64,000 bases of DNA. Source: an uncultured cyanobacterium (GTDB lineage: Bacteria; Cyanobacteriota; Cyanobacteriia; Cyanobacteriales; Nostocaceae). The notes beneath the pieces were generated by a model. That model did not search any database. It saw only the letters and a program-made list of their open reading frames with translations, and was not told where the DNA came from. Shown piece after piece: positions 29,098 through 37,525 of the stretch (position 1 is the stretch's first letter; each line of letters begins with the position of its first letter). Where the stretch lies: the NCBI GenBank assembly GCA_963740315.1, contig CAVUDP010000001.1:294766-358765 (forward strand), written 5' to 3'. Made by a program: the position numbers and the translations under genes.

Positions 29098-29643
29098 CTA
29101 TCTGTTTTTTTCGCCAAAATTACGAGAATCATCTAAAATTTGATTAAATTGAGAGATTGCTTTCCAAGGATTTTGACCTTTGATTGCAGTTGTAACTATA
29201 AATTCATAGGGGTTTCTTTTCATTCGCATAACTGTTGATATGGCTTCTTGGTTGGAAAATCCCCTTTGATAAACTAACCATGCTGCTAAAACCTGTCCCG
29301 TGCGTCCAATTCCAGCAGAGCAGTGAACTACTACTTTTTCATTTTGGCGATCGCTTTCTACCAAAAATGGTAATATTTCCTCGATTAATAATTGCTTATC
29401 AACTAAATTAAAATCTTCAATCGGTGCCCAGCAAATTTGTTTTAATCCAAATTCTTTTTTATATAAGTCTAGTAAGTTTGAATAATTATTTAATTGACTT
29501 TGGGCAAGCAAACAGCAAACGCGCTTTATACTTTGACTTTGCATAAATTCAATCCACTGCAAAACCTGTTTATCCCGATATCCAGGTTTTGCACAACCAT
29601 ATACAATAGTTTCATGTTCGCTTGCTGCTGCAAATCTGTACAT
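29098..29643 (-). CDS. Dual-specificity/tyrosine protein phosphatase family protein
   Basis: VVVHCSAGIGRTGQVLAAWLVY is the HCX5R(T) P-loop. Confidence 0.75.
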   Translation of the reverse strand: MYRFAAASEHETIVYGCAKPGYRDKQVLQWIEFMQSQSIKRVCCLLAQSQLNNYSNLLDLYKKEFGLKQICWAPIEDFNLVDKQLLIEEILPFLVESDRQNEKVVVHCSAGIGRTGQVLAAWLVYQRGFSNQEAISTVMRMKRNPYEFIVTTAIKGQNPWKAISQFNQILDDSRNFGEKNR

Positions 29644-29769
29644 ACTGTTTTATCAATATTTTTAAATAATATTTTTTTTATCGCACAAAGTTAAAATTAT
29701 TAATTATTGCCAATCTTCTCTAATAGTATTGAATGTTAGTATAATTTATGCAACCTAAAACGTCTATCA

Positions 29770-30123
29770 ATGACTCAATTCATAGCTTTACTAATTTCCT
29801 TAGCTATTGAAATTCCGATTATTTTATTGCTAACACATTTTTCACAAAGATTCTCGTCTTTCGTTGAACTCTTAGCAATGTTTGCTCTGGCTTGCGGTGC
29901 AACTCTTTTAACTCATCCTATGGCATGGACGAGCAATCAAATCATTATTTTTTACTTATTTCCCCCACTCACAATAATTATCGTTGAAGCTATTGTTATC
30001 TTAATTGAAGGTTTTTTATATTCGCAAGTATTAGATATAGGATGGAAAAAAGGCTTTTGTATATCATTAATTGCTAATATCGCTTCCTATCTTGGTGGAG
30101 TAATTATTTTGAAATCTTTTTAG
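29770..30123 (+). CDS. Hypothetical membrane protein (117 aa)
   Basis: Three or four hydrophobic segments. No motif recognised. Confidence 0.4.
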   Translation: MTQFIALLISLAIEIPIILLLTHFSQRFSSFVELLAMFALACGATLLTHPMAWTSNQIIIFYLFPPLTIIIVEAIVILIEGFLYSQVLDIGWKKGFCISLIANIASYLGGVIILKSF

Positions 30124-30431
30124 TTATTTTTTTAGCCAGAATTGCTACTGCGATCGAGTATAGTTATGGTTTAATAAAAGTAAATATAATCAAGAATGTA
30201 TTTTCACGTTATTAGATAACAATACGACGCATTATTTATAACTCAAAAATCATTAAGTTGCATATTTATTCGTAGCTCGTAAAAATAAATCCTTCACTTT
30301 GTATTATTGTGTGCTACAGTTGTAGCGAGATAGTAGTAAAGCTTCGCTATAGTTCGGGTTCAGTATACCCGACTGGTGCGCCGAGCAATGCTTTGAGCGT
30401 ATACCGCGAACAACTTGAAACTATTTCAACA

Positions 30432-30504
30432 GTTTAATTAGCTCAGTGGTAGAGCAGTAGACTCATAATCTAAAGGTTCGTAGGTTCGATTCCTGCATTA
30501 AACA
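30432..30504 (+). tRNA. tRNA-Met (anticodon CAT; Ile-lysidine not excluded)
   Basis: Manual fold. Perfect 7-bp acceptor GTTTAAT/ATTAAAC. D-arm gctc-agtggta-gagc. Anticodon loop ctCATaa. T-arm gtagg-ttcgatt-cctgc. 73 nt with no encoded CCA. The 27-43 pair is G-A. Confidence 0.6.
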
Positions 30505-30506
30505 CC

Positions 30507-30578
30507 CGGAAGTTAGCTCACTGGTAGAGCAATAGACTCATAATCTATGATTAGCAGGTTCGATTCCTGTACTTCAAC
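30507..30578 (+). tRNA. Tandem second tRNA-like copy (anticodon CAT) with defective acceptor stem; possible tRNA pseudogene
   Basis: D-arm, anticodon arm (ataga-ctCATaa-tctat, perfect) and T-arm gcagg-ttcgatt-cctgt are all intact. The acceptor cggaagt/acttcaa pairs at only 5 of 7 positions. Confidence 0.4.
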
Positions 30579-31207
30579 CAACACCCTACCCTGTCACGGT
30601 AGACAAACTTTATAACGCTCCTAAGCTCCTTGCTAGAAACAAGGTTCCCTTCGGTTCGATTCGTCGAAACAGGGGAGCGTAATCCTAACAAATGCCTTGA
30701 AAAAGGCAAACTCCGCGATGTAGGTGCTTGCAGCCGTTCGTTACTTGTTAACTTTCGGTAGCTATGGTGAAGGAGCCAGAGCGATCGCATCCATCTTTAA
30801 CTTGAGTATGTGCTTCGTTGCTGCATTCAGTTTTTCTCCGGAAATTCTGGAAAAGCAAAGCGAACCTTGTATTTGAGAATTGTTTGATGATTTGAGATTA
30901 CCTCCGGGTAATTTAAGGTAAGATAACAGTTCTCTTAATCCAGTTACTGAGAAGCTTTCGCCCGCAACGGAACCGTATCCGCACTTGCATTTGCGGAGTT
31001 TTTAATCTTCTTGTAATATGTGTAATACACGAGGTTTTGTGATTAGAGAAAAGAAATGGTAGTGTCCGCATCTTGCTTCCTAATTGATAAAAACCAAAAT
31101 GATAATTGCAGGCTATCATTTATGGTACTTCCGAGCGACCAAGATGGTCGCACTACAAAATAAAAAATTAATACATTCCCAATTCCCTATTCCCTTTCAA
31201 ATTATTT

Positions 31208-32794
31208 ATGTTTCTATCTAGATTTTTTTCTTGGTTGCGACTGCCTAAATTATCTATAAAAATACCTATGTGGAAAACTTTCTATATTAAACCCGGTGAA
31301 ATCGGAATTTTATATAACCGCAGCGATTTTAAGAAGATTCTAACTTCTGGAACCTATACTTATTTTGGTAGATATTGGCGGGTTGAAACTTTCGATTTAA
31401 AGCAGCCAGAAGCGAACATCGAAAACCTGGAATTATTATTAAGAGATAATGCTGCGGAACTGCAAGAGCATCTATTAGTGGTACGTACTGACTTTAATCA
31501 AGCTGCCTTAGTACGAATAGGGCAACAATGGATAAGTATTTTACCGAATCAATTACGAGCATTTTGGCGCGGTTTTATTGAAGTAGAATCGCATATCTTT
31601 AACTTAGAAGAAAGTATAGAATTACCCACACAATTCGTGCAGCAACTGCGTGGATTTGCTTTGAATGGGTTAAAAAAAATCTTAGTTAAAGAATATGAAA
31701 TCGGTTTATTATACGTACAAAATAACTTTGTTCGTCCTCTCGAACCTGGAGAATACGCTTTTTGGGCAGTAAATAAAGATGTTACTTTTTATGCGATGAG
31801 TCGTCTGGTGCATAATCCCGAATTTCCTCTCGAAGAAGTATTGATTGAGAGACATCCGGAGTTTGTTGCTGCTTATTGTGAAACCGTACAAACAGTTGCT
31901 CAACAGGTTGCGATTGTTCGGTATCAAGGTAAAGCGATCGCCATATTACCTCCAACTAATCGCAAGTTATTTTGGCAAGGTGTTGATGTCGAAATTATCG
32001 ATATCGGTAATGATGCGAAGTTGTCACCTAGTTTAGTCGCACAATTAGTTTCGGGCTTACCAGAAACTGTAGTATTGAGTCGCAACGCTTTGCACGTTTG
32101 TAAAGTACCCGCTCAACACATCGGTTTGCTGTACGTAAACCAAGAATATCAAACACAATTGCGATCGGGAATTCATGCATGGTGGGTGTTTGGGCGTTCT
32201 TTCCAAAGCGAGGTTATAGACTTGCGCTTGCAAAATCTAGAGGTTTCGGGACAAGATATCTTATCGAAAGACAAAGTACCTCTGCGTTTGAACTTAACTG
32301 CTGGTTTCCGCATTCAAGATGCACTCAGAGCAAAAAATGGATTGTCAGATTTTTATGGTTATCTATATAAAGAATTACAGTTTGCTTTACGTGCTGCGGT
32401 AGGTGAAAAGACATTAGATGAAATGTTGGAAGACAAAGGAGCGATCGATATTAGTATTGCCGAATACATTCGTCCCAAAGCCGCAGAATACGGAATAGAA
32501 ATTGATTCGGTAGGAGTAAAAGACATCATTCTTCCCGGAGAAATAAAAACTATTTTGAGCAAAGTTGTAGAAGCAGAAAAATCAGCCCAAGCCAATGTAG
32601 TACGACGTAGAGAAGAGACTGCTGCAACTCGCAGTATGTTAAATACAGCCAGAGTTATGGAAGATAACCCCGTAGCATTGAGATTGAAAGAGTTAGAAGT
32701 ATTAGAAAGAATTTCTGAAAAAATCGAGAAAATTCAAGTTAACGGCAGCTTGGATAGTATTTTAACTGACTTGATTCAGATTAATCGGAGTTAG
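31208..32794 (+). CDS. SPFH/band-7 (stomatin/prohibitin-like) domain protein with a triplicated N-terminal module
   Basis: C-terminal ~200 aa carries the band-7 signature (…VPLRLNLTAGFRIQD…IEIDSVGVKDIILPGEIKTILSKVVEAEK…) and a coiled coil. The N-terminal region has three related ~100-aa segments, each starting G(E)IG(I/L)LY. Confidence 0.75.
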   Translation: MFLSRFFSWLRLPKLSIKIPMWKTFYIKPGEIGILYNRSDFKKILTSGTYTYFGRYWRVETFDLKQPEANIENLELLLRDNAAELQEHLLVVRTDFNQAALVRIGQQWISILPNQLRAFWRGFIEVESHIFNLEESIELPTQFVQQLRGFALNGLKKILVKEYEIGLLYVQNNFVRPLEPGEYAFWAVNKDVTFYAMSRLVHNPEFPLEEVLIERHPEFVAAYCETVQTVAQQVAIVRYQGKAIAILPPTNRKLFWQGVDVEIIDIGNDAKLSPSLVAQLVSGLPETVVLSRNALHVCKVPAQHIGLLYVNQEYQTQLRSGIHAWWVFGRSFQSEVIDLRLQNLEVSGQDILSKDKVPLRLNLTAGFRIQDALRAKNGLSDFYGYLYKELQFALRAAVGEKTLDEMLEDKGAIDISIAEYIRPKAAEYGIEIDSVGVKDIILPGEIKTILSKVVEAEKSAQANVVRRREETAATRSMLNTARVMEDNPVALRLKELEVLERISEKIEKIQVNGSLDSILTDLIQINRS

Positions 32795-32806
32795 TTGTAA
32801 AAAAAA

Positions 32807-32834
32807 TGTAGAGACGTAGCAGTGCTACGTCTCC
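32807..32834. repeat. Palindromic element TGTAGAGACGTAGCAGTGCTACGTCTCCA
   Basis: Same family as 21601, 47090 and 54674. Lies 13 bp after the SPFH stop, so it may act as a terminator-like hairpin. Confidence 0.7.
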
Positions 32835-32859
32835 ATCAATTAATAGAGGAATAATAATT

Positions 32860-33162
32860 ATGGGTATACCAAAAAAAGGATCGAGAAAAATAACTGTAGA
32901 TGGAGAACCTTTCATCTGGTTAATTAGAAGAGATCCTACTTATTATTCTTCTGATGTTGCCTATATAAACGTTGCTGTAGAACATACTGAAGAATCCGGT
33001 TCAAAATTAGTTATTATGGCTGATAGACCTATTATGAATCTTGATAAAATTCAAGTCAAACCAGTTACACCTGCGGAAGTAGCGTCATGGATAAATCAAG
33101 CAGTTAAAGCTGGATGGGAACCGAAAAAACCGGGTAAACCATTTGAGTTTATAGGTTCGTAG
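32860..33162 (+). CDS. Hypothetical protein (100 aa)
   Basis: ORF with a plausible upstream AGGAG-like site (ggaataataattATG). The stop codon lies inside the GTAGTAAGG repeat. Confidence 0.4.
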   Translation: MGIPKKGSRKITVDGEPFIWLIRRDPTYYSSDVAYINVAVEHTEESGSKLVIMADRPIMNLDKIQVKPVTPAEVASWINQAVKAGWEPKKPGKPFEFIGS

Positions 33163-33207
33163 TAAGGACTTTAGTCCTAAATTCAAGGACTAAAGTCCTT
33201 ACTACAA
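33154..33207. repeat. GTAGTAAGGACTTTAGTCC…GGACTAAAGTCCTTACTAC inverted-repeat element
   Basis: Perfect long hairpin. Confidence 0.8.
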
Positions 33208-33302
33208 ACTTTAAAAACCTATTTCAACTTGATGAGTTCGTTTTATGCCAAATAGCATTTAGGATGTAGATATTTTTGAATTAATTAGTCATCATTAAAA
33301 TA

Positions 33303-33366
33303 AATGGTGCGTTACGGCTTCGCTAAATTGTAATTTATTAAGATATATTATTCGTGCCGTAACACA
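33303..33366. repeat. MITE-like element of the …AACGCACCAT family (ATGGTGCGTTACGGC…GCCGTAACACA)
   Basis: Terminal similarity to the 16691 and 48579 copies. Internal inverted repeat cgttacggc/gccgtaac. Confidence 0.55.
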
Positions 33367-33472
33367 ACGGCAATATTGGGGGAGGAACATCCACACCCGG
33401 ACACTTGCTACAACGGGGGGAACCCCCGCAACGCAGTGTCCTCCCAATTTGCCTCCCCTACAAAAACATATT

Positions 33473-34105
33473 TTATTCACAATTTTTCAAAGCTTCAATA
33501 TCGCCATCAACAATCTTCTCTAAATTACGAGAAATTTTCTCAATATCCCAATTCCACCAAGCAATTTTTAACAAAGTCTCAATAACATCATCCGCAAAGC
33601 GTTTTTTTATTTCTTTCGCCGGATTTCCCCCTACTATGGTATATGGTAAAACGTTCTTAGTAACAACTGATTTTGAAGCAATAATTGCTCCATCACCAAT
33701 CTCAATTCCTGGCATAATTACGGCTTCATAACCTATCCAAACATCGTTACCAATTACAGTATCGCCTTTATTCGGTAGTTCATCTTGCTGCGGAGTTACT
33801 TTCTCCCAACCATTACCAAATATTTGAAAAGGATAGCTAGAAAAACCCGAAATTTTATGATTTGCACCATTCATAATAAACTTTACACCTGTTGCTAAAG
33901 CGCAAAATTTACCGATAATTAATTTATCGCCAATAAAAGGGAAATGATAAAGAACATTACGCTCGAAATTCTCGGAATCTTCTAAGTCATCGTAATAAGT
34001 ATAATCTCCGATAATTATATTTGGATTCGATACCGTATTTTTGATAAAGCAGATTTGGGGAAATCCCTTCATCGGATGTTTTTCGTTTGGATTTGCACCG
34101 TACAT
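33473..34105 (-). CDS. Xenobiotic (streptogramin A/chloramphenicol-type, Vat/CatB-like) hexapeptide-repeat acetyltransferase
   Basis: [23 protein letters not shown]…IGDYTYYDD…GANHK…SYPF…[32 protein letters not shown] is the left-handed beta-helix XAT signature. Confidence 0.85.
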   Translation of the reverse strand: MYGANPNEKHPMKGFPQICFIKNTVSNPNIIIGDYTYYDDLEDSENFERNVLYHFPFIGDKLIIGKFCALATGVKFIMNGANHKISGFSSYPFQIFGNGWEKVTPQQDELPNKGDTVIGNDVWIGYEAVIMPGIEIGDGAIIASKSVVTKNVLPYTIVGGNPAKEIKKRFADDVIETLLKIAWWNWDIEKISRNLEKIVDGDIEALKNCE

Positions 34106-34336
34106 TTATAAAGAGTGAGTCAGGAATATAAAAACAAAAAGGATGAGTTCTCAACCCATCCTAAGATTATAAAACTGATTGTATCGCCGTGACCAAAAAT
34201 CAAAAAACCAGAAATCTGGGTAGTAGATTGAGTTAAAGACTCACTTGATTATTTAATATAAAAAAGTGTTATTTACGCCTTGAACCCAAACATTGCCACT
34301 ACTAACTGGTTACTGATTACTGATTACTGGTTACTG

Positions 34337-35557
34337 TTAATAAACATTCCAAGCTGGTTCATTATCTGGTAAATACTCACCTTCAGCAATGGTACCATCC
34401 ATCATCCAAATGGCAGTTCCTCCGGTGGTACTATCGCGCCAGAAAATATCGGTTTTACCGTTGCCATTGTAATCTCCGAAGGTGGGTTCCCAACTTAGAT
34501 CGTTGGAAGGTAAGAAAGCTTTAGTTAAAATATTTCCCCCATTCATTAACCAAGCTGTATTTTCGCCGCTTTGGGTATTGTGCCAGAAAATATCTGTTTT
34601 ACCATCACCGTTGAAATCCCCAGTATTGGCTTCCCAAGCAGAACTTAATTGATCTAAAGTTTCTTCATTAAAAATGACATCGTTAAACAAAGTACCATTC
34701 AAGATCCAAACTTCATTCTCTCCACTAGCTTGATTGCTCCAGAGAATATCAGCCCGTGAATCTCCATCGAAATCACCGAAGGTAGGATTCCAACTAGTAT
34801 CTATTTGTTGCACGGCATAACCATTTGCATTGGTACCATCCATATACCAAGCAGCGTTTTCACCCGTTACACTATTGCGCCAAAAGATATCGGTTTTACC
34901 GTCATTATTGAAATCAGTAACGCTGTAATCCCAAATTAAATCGGTTGTGGGTAGATAAGCAGCATTGGTGACTTCTTTGCCATCCATAATCCAAGCCGCA
35001 TTTTCACCCGTTTGGGTATTTCGCCAAAAAATATCGCTTTTGCCATCGCCGTTAAATTCAGCAATAGTAAAATCCCAATTGGAATCAATTTTTTGAATTG
35101 TCTCTTGGGAACTGATATTAGTGCCATCCATTTGCCAGACGACATTTTCTCCGGTACTTTGATTTCTCCAGAAAATATCAGTTTTGTTATCGTTATTGAA
35201 ATCGGCGAAACTAAAATCCCAACCTGCATCAACATCTCTAAGAATCTCTGCATTTGGATTAATACCGTCCATTAACCAAATTGCAGTTTCACCAGTTTGG
35301 GTATTGCGCCAAAATTTATCATTTTTACCATCACCGTTGAAATCGACATCAACTGCTGCACCGCTAAAAATTTTATTAGGGTTAGAGTTTCTGTTGGCAG
35401 TTACAAGCCCATCCTCTTGTAGCGATTGGGAAGAACCTTTTAAAGTTAAATCGCTATCGAAGGAGATATTCTCGTCAAAAGTATTGTTTGAAATGGTGGC
35501 ATATTCTGTATTCAAAGCGTTTACAGATACACCAGAGTTATTTTCAGTTGAAAACAT
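34337..35557 (-). CDS. FG-GAP/VCBS-like repeat protein, predicted 7-bladed beta-propeller
   Basis: Seven ~44-aa repeats of DFNGDGKTDIFWRN..TGEN..W.MDG. No signal peptide. N-terminal ~60-aa S/N-rich region. Confidence 0.75.
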   Translation of the reverse strand: MFSTENNSGVSVNALNTEYATISNNTFDENISFDSDLTLKGSSQSLQEDGLVTANRNSNPNKIFSGAAVDVDFNGDGKNDKFWRNTQTGETAIWLMDGINPNAEILRDVDAGWDFSFADFNNDNKTDIFWRNQSTGENVVWQMDGTNISSQETIQKIDSNWDFTIAEFNGDGKSDIFWRNTQTGENAAWIMDGKEVTNAAYLPTTDLIWDYSVTDFNNDGKTDIFWRNSVTGENAAWYMDGTNANGYAVQQIDTSWNPTFGDFDGDSRADILWSNQASGENEVWILNGTLFNDVIFNEETLDQLSSAWEANTGDFNGDGKTDIFWHNTQSGENTAWLMNGGNILTKAFLPSNDLSWEPTFGDYNGNGKTDIFWRDSTTGGTAIWMMDGTIAEGEYLPDNEPAWNVY

Positions 35558-35830
35558 TGTGTTTAATTATCACTAATATCTCTCAGTTTTAACTGATTTT
35601 TACAATATCTTTTGTCAAGGGCTAACATATAATTTATTTTTAACTGTTGTTGATGATAAATGTTTTCAGTATCATTTTTCATAGTTATTTTATAGTTGTT
35701 TAAATTTAATTTAATTAGCTATAGCTCTAAATATATTTTAGCTTTATTTCTTTGGATAGAGGTAGTTAAAATTTATTTAATTAAATCTTAAAATTATTAA
35801 AACCACTAGATATAGAAATCTATATAGAAA

Positions 35831-35860
35831 AACCCGGCTTAAAAAAACCGGGTTGATTAA
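35831..35860 (-). terminator. Putative rho-independent terminator for the upstream (35923-37122) propeller gene
   Basis: aaaaacccggctt-aaaaaaa-ccgggtt hairpin. On the minus strand it is followed by a T-run. Confidence 0.5.
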
Positions 35861-35922
35861 TGATGATAAATTGCTTAGATATCAGATAAAAGGAATTTAG
35901 GAGTTACTTTCCTGATTACCTA

Positions 35923-37122
35923 TTACCCAAGAACCCATTCTGTAGGTAGTGAAGGCAACTCTTCTTGAGCGACATCCGCACCATTTACCCGAAGAAGCAT
36001 ATTTTCACCAGTTTGGGTATTGCGTCCGAAAACATCTGTATCGCCATCACCATCGTAATCGCCGATACTTACATCCCATTCAGCACCAACTTGTGGGATG
36101 TCGATGGGAGTAGCTGTAGCACCATCCATAATCCAAACGGTGTTTTCTCCAGTTGCCTGATCGCGCCATAAGATGTCCATTTTGCCATCAGCATTGAAAT
36201 CGCCAATATTGGATTCATAGCCTGAACCTAAAGTAGGTAAATCTGCTGGAGTAGCAGTAGAGCCATTCATCAACCAAACTTTAGTTTCGCCGGTGCTGGT
36301 ATTTTCCCAAAGGATATCGGTAGTAAAGTTACCATCGAAATCACCTTCTTCATATTTCCAACCCGCGCCAAAGGTTTCTAATTGAGTAGATTCTGCACTC
36401 AAGCCATTCATAAACCAAATGGCATTTTCACCAGTTTGATCGTTATGCCAAAATATATCGGTACTGAAGTTGGGATTAAATTCACCAACAGTATAACTCC
36501 ATGATGAATCTAATTGAGGTAGGAAATCAGCACTAATAACAGTATTACCATCCATCAACCAACCGGCATTTTCACCAGTAGTTTCGCTACGCCACATTAA
36601 ATCGGTTTTACTATCGCCATTGAAATCTGCAATGCTGAAATCCCATTCGGTACCGAGAGTATCTAAAGCAGTTTCAGATACAATTTCAGTACCATCCATC
36701 AACCAAAGAAGATTTTCTCCGGTAGTTTCGCTACGCCACATTAAATCGGTTTTACCATCGCCATTGAAGTCACCAATGCTGTAATCCCATTCAGTGCCCA
36801 TAGTATTGATAGCAGCACCAGTAGGAGTAGCACCATCCATCAACCAAATAGCATTTTCACCTGTTGCGGTATTATGCCAGAATTTATCGTGAATACCATC
36901 TCCATTAAAATCAGCAAAAACAGCGGGACTGCTAATATAAGGACTAGGGTTAGGATTCTGTTGAGCATCAAAATCAGAAGTCAACACTTCATTATTTAAT
37001 GACTGTGAAGAACCACTTAAATTTAGAGTGTTTAAATCGTTTTCTGGAGCAAAACTATTATCTTGAATTGACGCAGATTGTAATGCGCTCTGACTCTTTA
37101 AGGGATTTGTAGATTCCAACAT
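35923..37122 (-). CDS. FG-GAP/VCBS-like repeat protein, paralog of 34337-35557
   Basis: Seven repeats of DFNGDGKTDLMWRSETTGEN..WLMDG. Same architecture as the neighbouring gene, roughly 45% identical. Confidence 0.75.
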   Translation of the reverse strand: MLESTNPLKSQSALQSASIQDNSFAPENDLNTLNLSGSSQSLNNEVLTSDFDAQQNPNPSPYISSPAVFADFNGDGIHDKFWHNTATGENAIWLMDGATPTGAAINTMGTEWDYSIGDFNGDGKTDLMWRSETTGENLLWLMDGTEIVSETALDTLGTEWDFSIADFNGDSKTDLMWRSETTGENAGWLMDGNTVISADFLPQLDSSWSYTVGEFNPNFSTDIFWHNDQTGENAIWFMNGLSAESTQLETFGAGWKYEEGDFDGNFTTDILWENTSTGETKVWLMNGSTATPADLPTLGSGYESNIGDFNADGKMDILWRDQATGENTVWIMDGATATPIDIPQVGAEWDVSIGDYDGDGDTDVFGRNTQTGENMLLRVNGADVAQEELPSLPTEWVLG

Positions 37123-37339
37123 TGTGTTTATTAATTACCAGGTTTCCTCTAACTTTTATCTCTATTTTTATAAAGATTCTGTTAATTTGGAACATATACT
37201 CTTTTTTAATAATGTTGAAAATTTATATTTTTTTGATAGTTGTAAGCTCTAATTAGTTTTTCAAAAATTGCAACTGTTATTAGTAATATTTAGCTAATTA
37301 GTTTGTAGTAAACAATATGCTAAATCTACTCAAGAATAT

Positions 37340-37525
37340 TAGGTTTGTAGTAAGGACTTTAGTCCTCTCAGACAAGGGTTAAAACCGGCACGTAGAACTC
37401 TTAGGTTTGTAGTAAGGACTTTAGTCCTCTCAGACAAGGGTTGAAACCGGCACGTAGAACTCTTAGGTTTGTAGTAAGGACTTTAGTCCTCTCAGACAAG
37501 GGTTAAAACCCTGACTACGAATTAC
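37340..37525. repeat. Tandem ~62-bp repeat x ~3 (TAGGTTTGTAGTAAGGACTTTAGTCCTCTCAGACAAGGGTTAAAACCGGCACGTAGAACTCT)
   Basis: Units are identical along their full length, so this is not a CRISPR array. Each unit contains an AGGACTTTAGTCCT hairpin. Confidence 0.85.

Noticed and set aside
30579-31000. Possible tmRNA or a group I intron-containing tRNA after the tRNA pair
   Set aside because: No tRNA-like 5' GGGG…acceptor with tag-peptide reading frame ending in a …AA stop context, and no resume codon, could be found. The anticodon loops of both tRNAs are intact, which rules out an intron. Only a T-loop-like fragment is present.
37340-37525. Tandem 62-bp repeats that superficially resemble a CRISPR array
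   Set aside because: The units are identical along their entire length, so there are no variable spacers. No cas genes are present. They belong to the GTAGTAAGG hairpin family found at other gene ends.
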